DNA from: Caecitellus pseudoparvulus
Lineage: Eukaryota; Protista; Bigyra: Bicosoecida
Reading direction: 5' to 3'
Assembly: GCA_965644315.1 (NCBI GenBank)
Contig: CBFFRQ010000053.1
Coordinates: 434,001 to 498,000 of the forward strand
Length of the DNA: 64,000 bases
Below the pieces are notes generated by a model. It did not search any database. It saw only the letters and a list, made by a program, of their open reading frames with translations, and was not told the DNA's origin. This document shows positions 1 through 8,004 of the stretch, in pieces. The first letter of the stretch is position 1. Every line of letters starts with the position of its first letter. Made by a program: the position numbers and the translations under genes.

Positions 1-3000
1 GCGACCAGCGCCCGCAGATGCGAGTCGCGGCTCATTTGCCGCAGGGGCAAGGCGGCCAAGGAAGCCGACAGCGGCGTCGCGGACTCCATCGCAGCCGGCT
101 CGGCGAGCAGGTGCAGCTCTGGCTGGCTGGTCAGCGGCGGTGTCTGGCACAGGCACGACAGCGTGCTGTTCCGCGCGACGAGCTGCACCGAGCACCGCTG
201 CAAGGTGCAGAACGTGTGCAGCTGCACCAAGAAGTGTGCTGCTTCCTCCTGGGATGCGGGGGGGAAGCCACTGGCCACGACCTGCTCGACAAGGCGTGTC
301 ATGTCTTGCTCCGCCAGCCCGCAGCCGATGTCTGGCGCCTGCACTCTGGCATGCGCCTCCCAAGCCGTGGCTGGGTCGGGATACACGCGGTCAGGCGCTC
401 GGAGGCCTTGGCCCAGCCACCGGTAGAGGGCGTGACCCAGCGCATCCTGCAGGGTGGGGCCTGCTGGCACAGGCGTGACTGTGGCAGAGCCCACCTTCCG
501 CAGGGCAGCCGCCACAAGGGCAGAGCCGGGCCGGTGCCGCTTGGCATGTGCCTCTGCGATGGGCGGGGGCAGCGCAGGGAGGGGGCCGCTCCACTCTGGC
601 AGGAACCGCACATTGCGCGGCAGGTCTCGGATGGGAGCTGCCAGCGTGCCGGGCGCCAGGCACACAGTGGACAGGGCCTGTGGAATGCTCGAGTCATCGA
701 CCGGGGCAGCAGGCTCTGGCGCGCCCATCGCCTCTCGTGCAGCAGCCCGCACTTCAGCCCGGGCGATGATGTGCTCTGGCCAGTTCTGCCGCGCGTTCAG
801 GTGGGTCGTGAGACCGCGCCACAGCAAGCACGTGGCCAAGTCTGTGGCCTCCGCTGAAGCCCCCTCCCGGACAGGGCGCGCCTGAAAGCCATGGTACTGC
901 AGGGCGCCCTCGCCACTCTGCGGCGCGCCGGCATGGCAGGCAAGCGTATGGTGCAACGCTCGCAGCGCGAACCGGCGCTCCGTGTCCAGCGCACGTTTCA
1001 CAGACACCCACTTGGGCGCCTTGCCAAGGTACCGCTGGCCGCCGTTGCCGCCTGCGGTGGAGCAGTCCTCGTCGCCCTCTTCGTCGTCTTGGCTGTCCTG
1101 CTCTGTGTCGTCATCCGACTGCCGGCTGACAGGCGTTTCCAAGGGGGCACTGGCTGCGTCTCCAGCGCTGCCACTGTCTGCAGTGTCCCCATCGGCACCC
1201 TTGCCCTCGGGCGGCGGGGAGGCAGGCCCTGCCTGCACGAGAAACGGGGACGTCGCTGTCTGGTGGCCGAGGTGTCTTTCAGCGTACTCGTGCCTGCCGA
1301 CGCTCAGGTCAAAGCCAGAGGCCAGAAAGCGCGCGTCAGCTGACAGGGTGGACAGGGCGCCCACCGCTGAGAGCAAGGCCTGGGAGGCGGACTGTGGCGT
1401 GCTCAAGTCCACAGCCACGGGGTGGGCCGGGACTTCGAAGTGATGGCGGCCCTTGGCAGCCCTGGCAGCTTGGGCTGCCACCACTGCCGTGTCCTCGGGC
1501 TGCGGCGCAAGCCCCTCCACGACAGGCGCATCCTCGGCATCACGCAGCGCCCACGTGCCGTCTTCGTCCGAGTGCAGGGAGGCAAGTGAGGACGCGTCGT
1601 CGGCGTCATCGACGTCAGTCAGAGTCGCGACAGCCTGCCCATCGCCCGCTTCTGCTCCGTCAGCAGGCACCTTCCAATACGCGGGGCCTGCGTGTGTGGC
1701 TAATGTGGGTGGTGGGAGAGACGGCGCCACCGGGCAGGTAGGCGGCGGGAACAAAGACGGCATGAGGCCCGTCACGTGGCGTGGGATGAGGGACGTCAGC
1801 GGGCCGCTGGTGTCCATGCTCGGCACGGGGCTGCTGGGTTCCGGCGGCGCCAGCCCGCCCCGCACGACGTGGTGACTATCGTGCGTGTTTTGAGCTGGGG
1901 AAGGTGACCGGCGGCCAGGGGGTCTGCCCCCACGCCCACGACCGCGGCCACGCCCCTTGCCCCGTCCTCGCCCCCGCCCTCGGCCCCGCCCGCGCCCCTT
2001 GCCCCGGCCAGAGACGGCACCTTTCGCCACTGGTGGTGACCCGGGCACGCCAGCTGCCAGGGGTGGCTGCTGCGCATCCTGCCTGAGCAACTCGGCCATG
2101 TCGCAGAGCGGGGCCAGATCAAAGTCTGCCGGCAGGCGAATGGGGGCAGACTTGAGGTCCAAAGACAGCAGCGAAGTTGACGAGCCGCCAGGCGCCAGCT
2201 CCACCAAGTACTCGCCAGAGAGCGGGTTGAAGGCGAGGACTGCTGCGGGCACCCACGCACCCCCCTTCGCTGCGAGGGAGGTTGTGGGGCGCAGGACGTG
2301 CAGCGCGACGCCCTCTAGACATGCGGGGTGGCGCGCCAGGGCGTGGCGCAGCATGTCCCGGCAGACACGCAGGTCCCCGAGAGCAGCGAGGTCCAGGGAG
2401 ATGGTCGCCTCCACGCCGGGGCGGCTGAGGGTGAAGGCGCGCTTGCGGGGGTCGTAGTCCTCCACCTGTGCCTGCAGCCACCCTGGCTGCGAACTGCCAT
2501 CCTCCACCCACAGCAGCTGGATGGGGTGCCCCACAATGGTGGTGGGGCGCCACAGCCATGGGCAGTCGTACACCTCCGGGACGGTCTTCGTCACCCAGCC
2601 CTGGGCACCCACAGCGGGCGCGGCCTGGTGGTCAGAGGGATCCACAATGACCCCTTTGCTGAGACATGCCTCCAGCCAGGAGTGGGACAGGGTGAGCACC
2701 CCTGATGGGGCCAGGATCTGCGCCATGCGCGTGTGTCGCAGGTGCTGCAGCTTGCGTGAGGCGCTGCAGCGCCCCTTGGGGCTCTTCCAGTGCAGCGTCC
2801 CGTGCAAGGCCTGCGTGTACAGAACAGCATCCACACGTGTGTTGGGGGAGCCGCCCCACAGCTGCACTGGGCCCCGGCTGCCCATAAAGGTGCTCTGAAA
2901 GTCCGCCGCCCGGGGAATGTCCCACACAGCTCGATTGGACATGGTCTCGTCCAAGAACGCCACAACAAAGGGGCTACTGGACGAGAGAGTGCTCGCAGCG

Positions 3001-3779
3001 ACGTCCACCGCCATGGGCTGAAAGGGAAGCGTCAGCGGGCCTGGTGGGGGAGGCTGGATATCGTGGGCATCGCTGGAGGGCTTGGGGGCGGCACTCGCAG
3101 CTGGCGGCGGCACCGGCGACGGCTGGGGTGGCGGCATGGGAGCCTGCGCCGGCTGCAAGGCAGGGACAGCATGGCTCTGCATGTCACCAGGTTTCAGCCC
3201 GTACTCTTGCTGGGGAACGCAGTGAAGCATGGGCTGTGGAACGGTGCTAGGTTGGTAGTGAGCCGCGCCACTCCCGGGAGCATGCACGTGGGCCTGTGGC
3301 CCCATGGGCGTCTGGTGATGGGCGACCATTGCGTAATGCTCAGGGTATTGCTGCTGGGCATGGGCAACGGCCCGGGCGTGGGCCATGTGCGCCTCATACT
3401 GCATCCCTCCTTGCTGGTGGGCGAAGGCATGTTGCTGGTGCTGTTGTGCATAGGCAGGCTGGCCATGCGAGTTCAAATGCACGTGGTACTGTGCTGGCAC
3501 TCCAGGTGGGTACATCCCATGCATGCCTGCGCTGTGGTCTTGGTGCACGTTGTAGTACGCCTGAGGTGGCTGGTGGGCGTAGTGTGCGGAAATCGCCCCT
3601 CCATGCCCAGCGTGTGGCTGCGTGCCAGGGTGCACCATGGCGGGGCCTGGGTGATGGTAGGGCATCTGCATCATATCGTACTGCGAATACATAGCATGGT
3701 TGTGGGCCGACGCCGACGGAGCGTAGCTCCCCGCCCCGATCATGCCGTTTGTGTATTCTGCACTTTGCCGTCCGTCCAT
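1..3779 (-). CDS. Large uncharacterised, probably nuclear protein (>1250 aa, runs off the left edge): His/Gln/Pro-rich N-terminus, BRCT-like segment, two Tudor-like segments, GR-dipeptide tract
   Basis: The minus-strand frame is open from ATG 3779 (context AACCATGG) to position 1. It is absent from the ORF track because it has no stop in the window. Motifs: TLSHSWLEACLSKGVIVDPSDH (BRCT-like W-x3-C); IVGHPIQLLWVED...WLQAQVEDYDPRKRAFTL and LEGVALHVL...WVPAAVLAFNPLSGEYLVEL...LDLKSAPIRL (Tudor-like); GRGKGRGRGRGRGRGRGKGRGRGRGRGGRPPGRR. Confidence 0.8.
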   Translation of the reverse strand, partial: MDGRQSAEYTNGMIGAGSYAPSASAHNHAMYSQYDMMQMPYHHPGPAMVHPGTQPHAGHGGAISAHYAHQPPQAYYNVHQDHSAGMHGMYPPGVPAQYHVHLNSHGQPAYAQQHQQHAFAHQQGGMQYEAHMAHARAVAHAQQQYPEHYAMVAHHQTPMGPQAHVHAPGSGAAHYQPSTVPQPMLHCVPQQEYGLKPGDMQSHAVPALQPAQAPMPPPQPSPVPPPAASAAPKPSSDAHDIQPPPPGPLTLPFQPMAVDVAASTLSSSSPFVVAFLDETMSNRAVWDIPRAADFQSTFMGSRGPVQLWGGSPNTRVDAVLYTQALHGTLHWKSPKGRCSASRKLQHLRHTRMAQILAPSGVLTLSHSWLEACLSKGVIVDPSDHQAAPAVGAQGWVTKTVPEVYDCPWLWRPTTIVGHPIQLLWVEDGSSQPGWLQAQVEDYDPRKRAFTLSRPGVEATISLDLAALGDLRVCRDMLRHALARHPACLEGVALHVLRPTTSLAAKGGAWVPAAVLAFNPLSGEYLVELAPGGSSTSLLSLDLKSAPIRLPADFDLAPLCDMAELLRQDAQQPPLAAGVPGSPPVAKGAVSGRGKGRGRGRGRGRGRGKGRGRGRGRGGRPPGRRSPSPAQNTHDSHHVVRGGLAPPEPSSPVPSMDTSGPLTSLIPRHVTGLMPSLFPPPTCPVAPSLPPPTLATHAGPAYWKVPADGAEAGDGQAVATLTDVDDADDASSLASLHSDEDGTWALRDAEDAPVVEGLAPQPEDTAVVAAQAARAAKGRHHFEVPAHPVAVDLSTPQSASQALLSAVGALSTLSADARFLASGFDLSVGRHEYAERHLGHQTATSPFLVQAGPASPPPEGKGADGDTADSGSAGDAASAPLETPVSRQSDDDTEQDSQDDEEGDEDCSTAGGNGGQRYLGKAPKWVSVKRALDTERRFALRALHHTLACHAGAPQSGEGALQYHGFQARPVREGASAEATDLATCLLWRGLTTHLNARQNWPEHIIARAEVRAAAREAMGAPEPAAPVDDSSIPQALSTVCLAPGTLAAPIRDLPRNVRFLPEWSGPLPALPPPIAEAHAKRHRPGSALVAAALRKVGSATVTPVPAGPTLQDALGHALYRWLGQGLRAPDRVYPDPATAWEAHARVQAPDIGCGLAEQDMTRLVEQVVASGFPPASQEEAAHFLVQLHTFCTLQRCSVQLVARNSTLSCLCQTPPLTSQPELHLLAEPAAMESATPLSASLAALPLRQMSRDSHLRALV
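1913..2012 (-). repeat. Coding (GR/GK)n low-complexity repeat (GAR/RG tract)
   Basis: Degenerate hexamer repeats encode SGRGKGRGRGRGRGRGRGKGRGRGRGRGGRPPGRR. Confidence 0.85.
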
Positions 3780-4230
3780 GGTTCTGCTTTGTCAGCTGAA
3801 ACACGCGCTTCACCGCGGCGTAAGGAAGGAAAAGCCACCCACACACGTCTACACGCAGCGGAAATGTTCAGCCTAAACAATACGCGCCTAGGCTTCCTTG
3901 GGAGCCTTGGAAGCGCAGGTTGAAGGCGACCCCAAAAAACGCTGGCACTTCACGTGTCCGCTTTGCTTCGCACAAGCGCCAAGGCGCACCGCTGAAGCTC
4001 GCCGCGCAGGGCGCCACGTGACCAAGGGGTCCTAATGAAATAAGAGCCACTCGAAACCGGCCGTTGGTTCTGGGCCGGGTCATGCACGCATCGCGGTGTT
4101 GTGATTCCATTTCTCCATTGTGGCCAGGACGCCAGCTGCCTTTCCAACTCAGCTTGCTCTGAGGCAACGCGCACTTTGCGAGGGGGCCCAGGAAGCCCCG
4201 GCGCACGCTCGACACATGCAGCCATGCATT

Positions 4231-4998
4231 TCACGCCAGCAGCGCCCGTTTGCGCATCGCGCTGGCGTTCTCAATGAACGATGTGATGCGGGAAACCTCA
4301 GCCTCGGCGCATCTGGCAATATCACAGCGAAGCTGTGGCGTGGGAGGCGTTCCATCCACTGCAACGCCCCCGCCGTGTGAGGAAGGCGCGGGGGACGCCG
4401 ACTCCCGACTAACGTCTGCCACTGCCTTGCCTGCGCCATGCAGGTTGTGCACCGTGTACACCGGGATGGAACCAGGTGACGCACGTCTCTGGGAACGAGA
4501 CGCTGATGCAGCGTCCCCCGCCCGACCGCGCCGCTGGCGGACGCCGCTCGAGATCTCATCGGTGGGCAGGCCAGGGAGCTCTCCAGATGAAGTCTGGCAG
4601 CTCCCCTCCGTGGCAGGCGTGTTTGCCGCCATCAAGGCGGGCAGCCAGACGGATGCAAGGTGCTCCTGTGAGCCAGGCGTCACATCATCACACACGAGCA
4701 GGACCGCGTCCACGCCCGTCAAGTATCCCTGCAGGGAGTCCACGTGGGCCTCATCCGTGCACCCTGCCACGTCAACCAGCTCCACCCAGCCGCTCTTGAG
4801 CTTGGCATTCCTCACATCCACGCCAACTGTGGGCGCAGACAGTGCCTGGCCAGACAGCAGGCACCTGCACCACGTCCAGCCCCGCCGGCGGGGGGCCTTC
4901 CCCGCGCTGGCCAGGCGCTCACACAGCAGCGTCTTGCCAACCCCAGAGTCTCCTAGCACGACCACTCGGCTGGCAGGGGCAGAGGGACTGCCAGCCAT
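4231..4998 (-). CDS. Atypical Rab-like small GTPase (RABL3-like)
   Basis: G1 RVVVLGDSGVGKT, G2 PTVGVDV, G3 VELVDVAG, then YLTGVDAVLLVCD. G4 is degenerate (VHNLH in place of NKxD). No C-terminal prenylation cysteines. Confidence 0.75.
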   Translation of the reverse strand: MAGSPSAPASRVVVLGDSGVGKTLLCERLASAGKAPRRRGWTWCRCLLSGQALSAPTVGVDVRNAKLKSGWVELVDVAGCTDEAHVDSLQGYLTGVDAVLLVCDDVTPGSQEHLASVWLPALMAANTPATEGSCQTSSGELPGLPTDEISSGVRQRRGRAGDAASASRSQRRASPGSIPVYTVHNLHGAGKAVADVSRESASPAPSSHGGGVAVDGTPPTPQLRCDIARCAEAEVSRITSFIENASAMRKRALLA

Positions 4999-5160
4999 GG
5001 GCCCCGCGTTTCAGCCACGTTTCCAGCCTGCCTTCGCACCGACCCTTCCTTCGCACCCACCCAGGTGGCGGTGAGCAAGCACAGGTCTTGCATTCGCGTG
5101 CTGAAACGCAGTTGGGATTTAGTTTCGCCGTTCGCTCTGAGCGTGCAGATCCCAGATTGG

Positions 5161-5170
5161 AGAAAAAAAG
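5161..5170 (-). terminator. RNA Pol III oligo(dT) terminator for tRNA-Asn copy 1
   Basis: T7 run on the minus strand immediately after the tRNA 3' end. Confidence 0.8.
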
Positions 5171-5245
5171 CGCTCCAGGTGGGACTCGAACCCACGGCCT
5201 CACGATTAACAGTCGTGCGCTCTAACCAAGCTGAGCTACCAGAGC
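5171..5245 (-). tRNA. tRNA-Asn (GTT), copy 1
   Basis: Reverse complement GCTCTGGTAGCTCAGCTTGGTTAGAGCGCACGACTGTTAATCGTGAGGCCGTGGGTTCGAGTCCCACCTGGAGCG folds as a cloverleaf. Anticodon loop CTGTTAA, T-loop TTCGAGT, no encoded CCA. Confidence 0.97.
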
Positions 5246-5315
5246 ATGCTGGGGGTGGGCTCAACTAAGTCACTATAAAGCTCAGCAGTGTTTAGACCAA
5301 GCTGCACGTGGGAGC

Positions 5316-5321
5316 AAAAAA
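5316..5321 (-). terminator. RNA Pol III oligo(dT) terminator for tRNA-Asn copy 2
   Basis: T6 run on the minus strand just after the tRNA 3' end. Confidence 0.75.
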
Positions 5322-5322
5322 G

Positions 5323-5397
5323 CGCTCCAGGTGGGACTCGAACCCACGGCCTCACGATTAACAGTCGTGCGCTCTAACCAAGCTGAGCTACCAGAGC
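5323..5397 (-). tRNA. tRNA-Asn (GTT), copy 2, identical to copy 1
   Basis: The same 75-nt sequence is repeated 152 bp away. Confidence 0.97.
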
Positions 5398-5497
5398 AGG
5401 ATGTGCGGGGCGGCAACTTCTGCAGATGTATTCATGTGACTAAAAGGAGATGTCACCCTGCTGCAGAAAGGTGAAGAGTCAAGCCGCTAAACTTGAG

Positions 5498-6244
5498 CTA
5501 CAGTGCAAGTTCATACAGAGTCTCATCTGACTTGCCCTCACATCCAGGAACAGCCCTCACCTTCCCCCTCTTTACAAGCCTGGTCAGGCCACGCTTGAAG
5601 CTGCTTCGCAGTTCACCTTCCGTCCTGCCGCCGAATGCTGAATCCTGACATGCTTGGACCATCTGATCAACGGAGAACGTTGGAGGCGCACCCCCTGCAG
5701 CCGCGCTCTGTGCCACTTGCTTTGCCACACTGATTGTGGATAGGCGCGGAGCCTTTGTGCCCTCTTTAGACTCCGCTGTGCCTTGCTCAGTGTTCGCGTC
5801 ACGAGGCCGCTTCCCAGCGCTCACAGGCTTTGGCAGAGCAACTTGCATGATGAGGCTTCCGTGTACAAGTGTGCTGACCTTCTCTGCCAGGAACTGCCTT
5901 GTACCCGCAAGATGCCGGGTCCCGTCCACAACCAGCGGCATGCGTGCTGAGGACACCGCTAGCCGGCCTGCAACTGAATCCCAATCAAGAGACACACTAT
6001 CAGACACTCCCGCAGCGTCCGCAGCGTGCACAAACACTTTGTCGCCGGTCGTGGCTGCAGTTGCACGCCAGCCAGCACCACCGAGCCTTTCATTCAGAGC
6101 TGATTCCTCTGCACCCTCGACGGAGACGACTTGGAAGGGCAAAGAGCACACAGGCAACTGCACACACTCATTTATCCAGCTGGGCGAGTGGAGCACCACC
6201 ATCGCCAACGCAGTGGTACTGGAGGCAGTTGCAACGGCAGCCAT
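5498..6244 (-). CDS. Hypothetical protein with degenerate FHA-like N-terminal region and winged-helix/H1-globular-like C-terminus
   Basis: Likely start MAAVATAS at 6244. VSLDWDSVAGRLAVSSARMPLVVDGTRH...STLVHGSLIMQVALP resembles the second half of an FHA domain. ELRSSFKRGLTRLVKRGKVRAVPG resembles the H15/winged-helix helix 3 plus wing. The CDS is likely real; the domain calls are tentative. Confidence 0.55.
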   Translation of the reverse strand: MAAVATASSTTALAMVVLHSPSWINECVQLPVCSLPFQVVSVEGAEESALNERLGGAGWRATAATTGDKVFVHAADAAGVSDSVSLDWDSVAGRLAVSSARMPLVVDGTRHLAGTRQFLAEKVSTLVHGSLIMQVALPKPVSAGKRPRDANTEQGTAESKEGTKAPRLSTISVAKQVAQSAAAGGAPPTFSVDQMVQACQDSAFGGRTEGELRSSFKRGLTRLVKRGKVRAVPGCEGKSDETLYELAL

Positions 6245-6478
6245 GTTGTGCGATTTCCGCAGATCAACAGTGCCCCACGCTGAGACGCAGAGATGAGCTG
6301 GCAAAGAATTGTGAGAAAAGGTGGTGTACAGGCGGACGACTGAGTACAGACTTTCACAGAGGAGTGGCATCGTGATTCATTCGTTGAGGATAGAATCTGC
6401 ACGAACCGCTCACTTGGCTCAAGTGCACGGGCGTACATTCAATGCTCTGGCAGCAGCACCTCAACGAACGCAAGTTTA

Positions 6479-7705
6479 TCAGCAAGCTTGGGCCGCCCTC
6501 AGCAACATCATGGCACGCCGACCCTGGTGAGTGCTGGCGCCGGCCCACGCCGCATCCTTGGCGGGCTGCACGGCCACCTGTCCAGCCTCAATCCGTGCTT
6601 GCAGGGGAATGGCTCGATGACCAGTGAGGCCCAACAGCTCACGAAGCACGTCCGACTGATCCCCAGCACATGCCAGCTGAAAGCCAAAACCAAGCCCCTC
6701 ATCCACATCCACTTCACGATGCCCAGTCAGCGCCAGCAGCTCGCAAACCACATCGACATGTCCGTTGCGACAGGCATACCGGAAGCCGTACTCAGGATCG
6801 CCTTCAGGCCCAGCATGCACGTCGACTTCACGATCCCCAGTCAGCGCTAGCAGCTCACGAACGATATCAACATGTCCACCGTAGCATGCCTGCCTGAAGC
6901 CATGCTCAGGAACACCCATGAGCCCCGCATGCACATCAACCTCGCGATGCCCCGTCAGCGCCAGCAGCTCCCTCACCACATCAGCATTCCCGTTCAAGCA
7001 TGCTTGCCGGAAGCTATACTCGGGATCGCCCAAAATCCCCGCGTGCACGTCTACCTCACGGTGCCCAGTCAGCGCCAACAGCTCGCGCACTACATCTACA
7101 CGGCCATACTCACATGCAAACCGGAAGGCTGCTTCACGATCGCCCCCAGGTCCAGCATGGACATCAATCTCACGATGTCCAGTCAAAGCCAGGAGCTCCC
7201 GAACCACATCAAGGTGCCCGTTCGCACAGGCAACTTGGAATCCATACTCAGGTCCACCCCAGCCTCTCGCATGCACGTCCACCTCACGATCACCACCCAA
7301 TGCCAACAACTCACGCACCACACCTATTCGGCCATTCGCACAGGCGGCCTGGAAGCCGTCTTTGTACGCCGCACGCACATCCGCGCTCCGGACGCCTGCC
7401 AAACCCAACAGCTCGCGCACCACCTCAACATGCCCCAGCCTGCATGCTGCACGAAACATCGCATCATGCTTCGACCGCACGGCAAGGCCCCGCGCCTCAG
7501 CCACCCCCAGCGCCTCCCGCAACAGCCCAGTATCGCCCTTGAAGCAAGCCACTCGAGCTGCTTCAAACACGTCTGCCGCCTCAAGGGACGCCATGCCCGA
7601 CTCGCCATCGTCCAGCAGCGCCAGCAAGCCGTCCACATCATCCGCAGCGCAGGCTGCCTTCCATCGGCCCACCCACAGCTTCACACCGCTGCCCTCGTCA
7701 GCCAT
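6479..7705 (-). CDS. Ankyrin-repeat protein A (408 aa; 5 full 38-aa modules between N- and C-caps)
   Basis: Intronless ORF with repeated GxxGxPExGFxxACxxGHxDVVRELLALTGHREVDVHA. Confidence 0.92.
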   Translation of the reverse strand: MADEGSGVKLWVGRWKAACAADDVDGLLALLDDGESGMASLEAADVFEAARVACFKGDTGLLREALGVAEARGLAVRSKHDAMFRAACRLGHVEVVRELLGLAGVRSADVRAAYKDGFQAACANGRIGVVRELLALGGDREVDVHARGWGGPEYGFQVACANGHLDVVRELLALTGHREIDVHAGPGGDREAAFRFACEYGRVDVVRELLALTGHREVDVHAGILGDPEYSFRQACLNGNADVVRELLALTGHREVDVHAGLMGVPEHGFRQACYGGHVDIVRELLALTGDREVDVHAGPEGDPEYGFRYACRNGHVDVVCELLALTGHREVDVDEGLGFGFQLACAGDQSDVLRELLGLTGHRAIPLQARIEAGQVAVQPAKDAAWAGASTHQGRRAMMLLRAAQAC

Positions 7706-7977
7706 GGCGTGGTGGCACGAAACTCCGCACCCAACACACCTGTCTCAGAGCCTGCAGGCCACGAGACAGGCACATGTACGAGCGCCCCTGGACGAGTCAC
7801 GCGCCCCCCACTGCACATGGCTGTGCGTGTGTTGGTGTGGGGTTTACTGGCTGGGTGGCAGTGCAGGGCCTGCGGCGACGCGCCCCCCCCTCCGCAGGTC
7901 ACAGGGCGGGGCGGCTGTTTTTGCGTGGAGGGCGATGGCGGGGCCTGGGAGTCTGCATTGCTGTGTGCAGCCATGGA
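7339..7977. repeat. Segmental duplication copy 1 (N-cap coding region plus ~270 bp upstream of ankyrin gene A)
   Basis: Nearly identical to 9333-9974, with a handful of substitutions and a poly-C length difference. Confidence 0.95.
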
Positions 7978-8004
7978 ACCGATGCACCACATGGCCCACT
8001 GCCA

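Noticed and set aside
18-3923. Plus-strand ORFs 18-857, 891-1343, 1453-1875 and 2790-3923
   Set aside because: Antisense shadows of the long minus-strand CDS. High GC suppresses stops, and they show no protein motifs.
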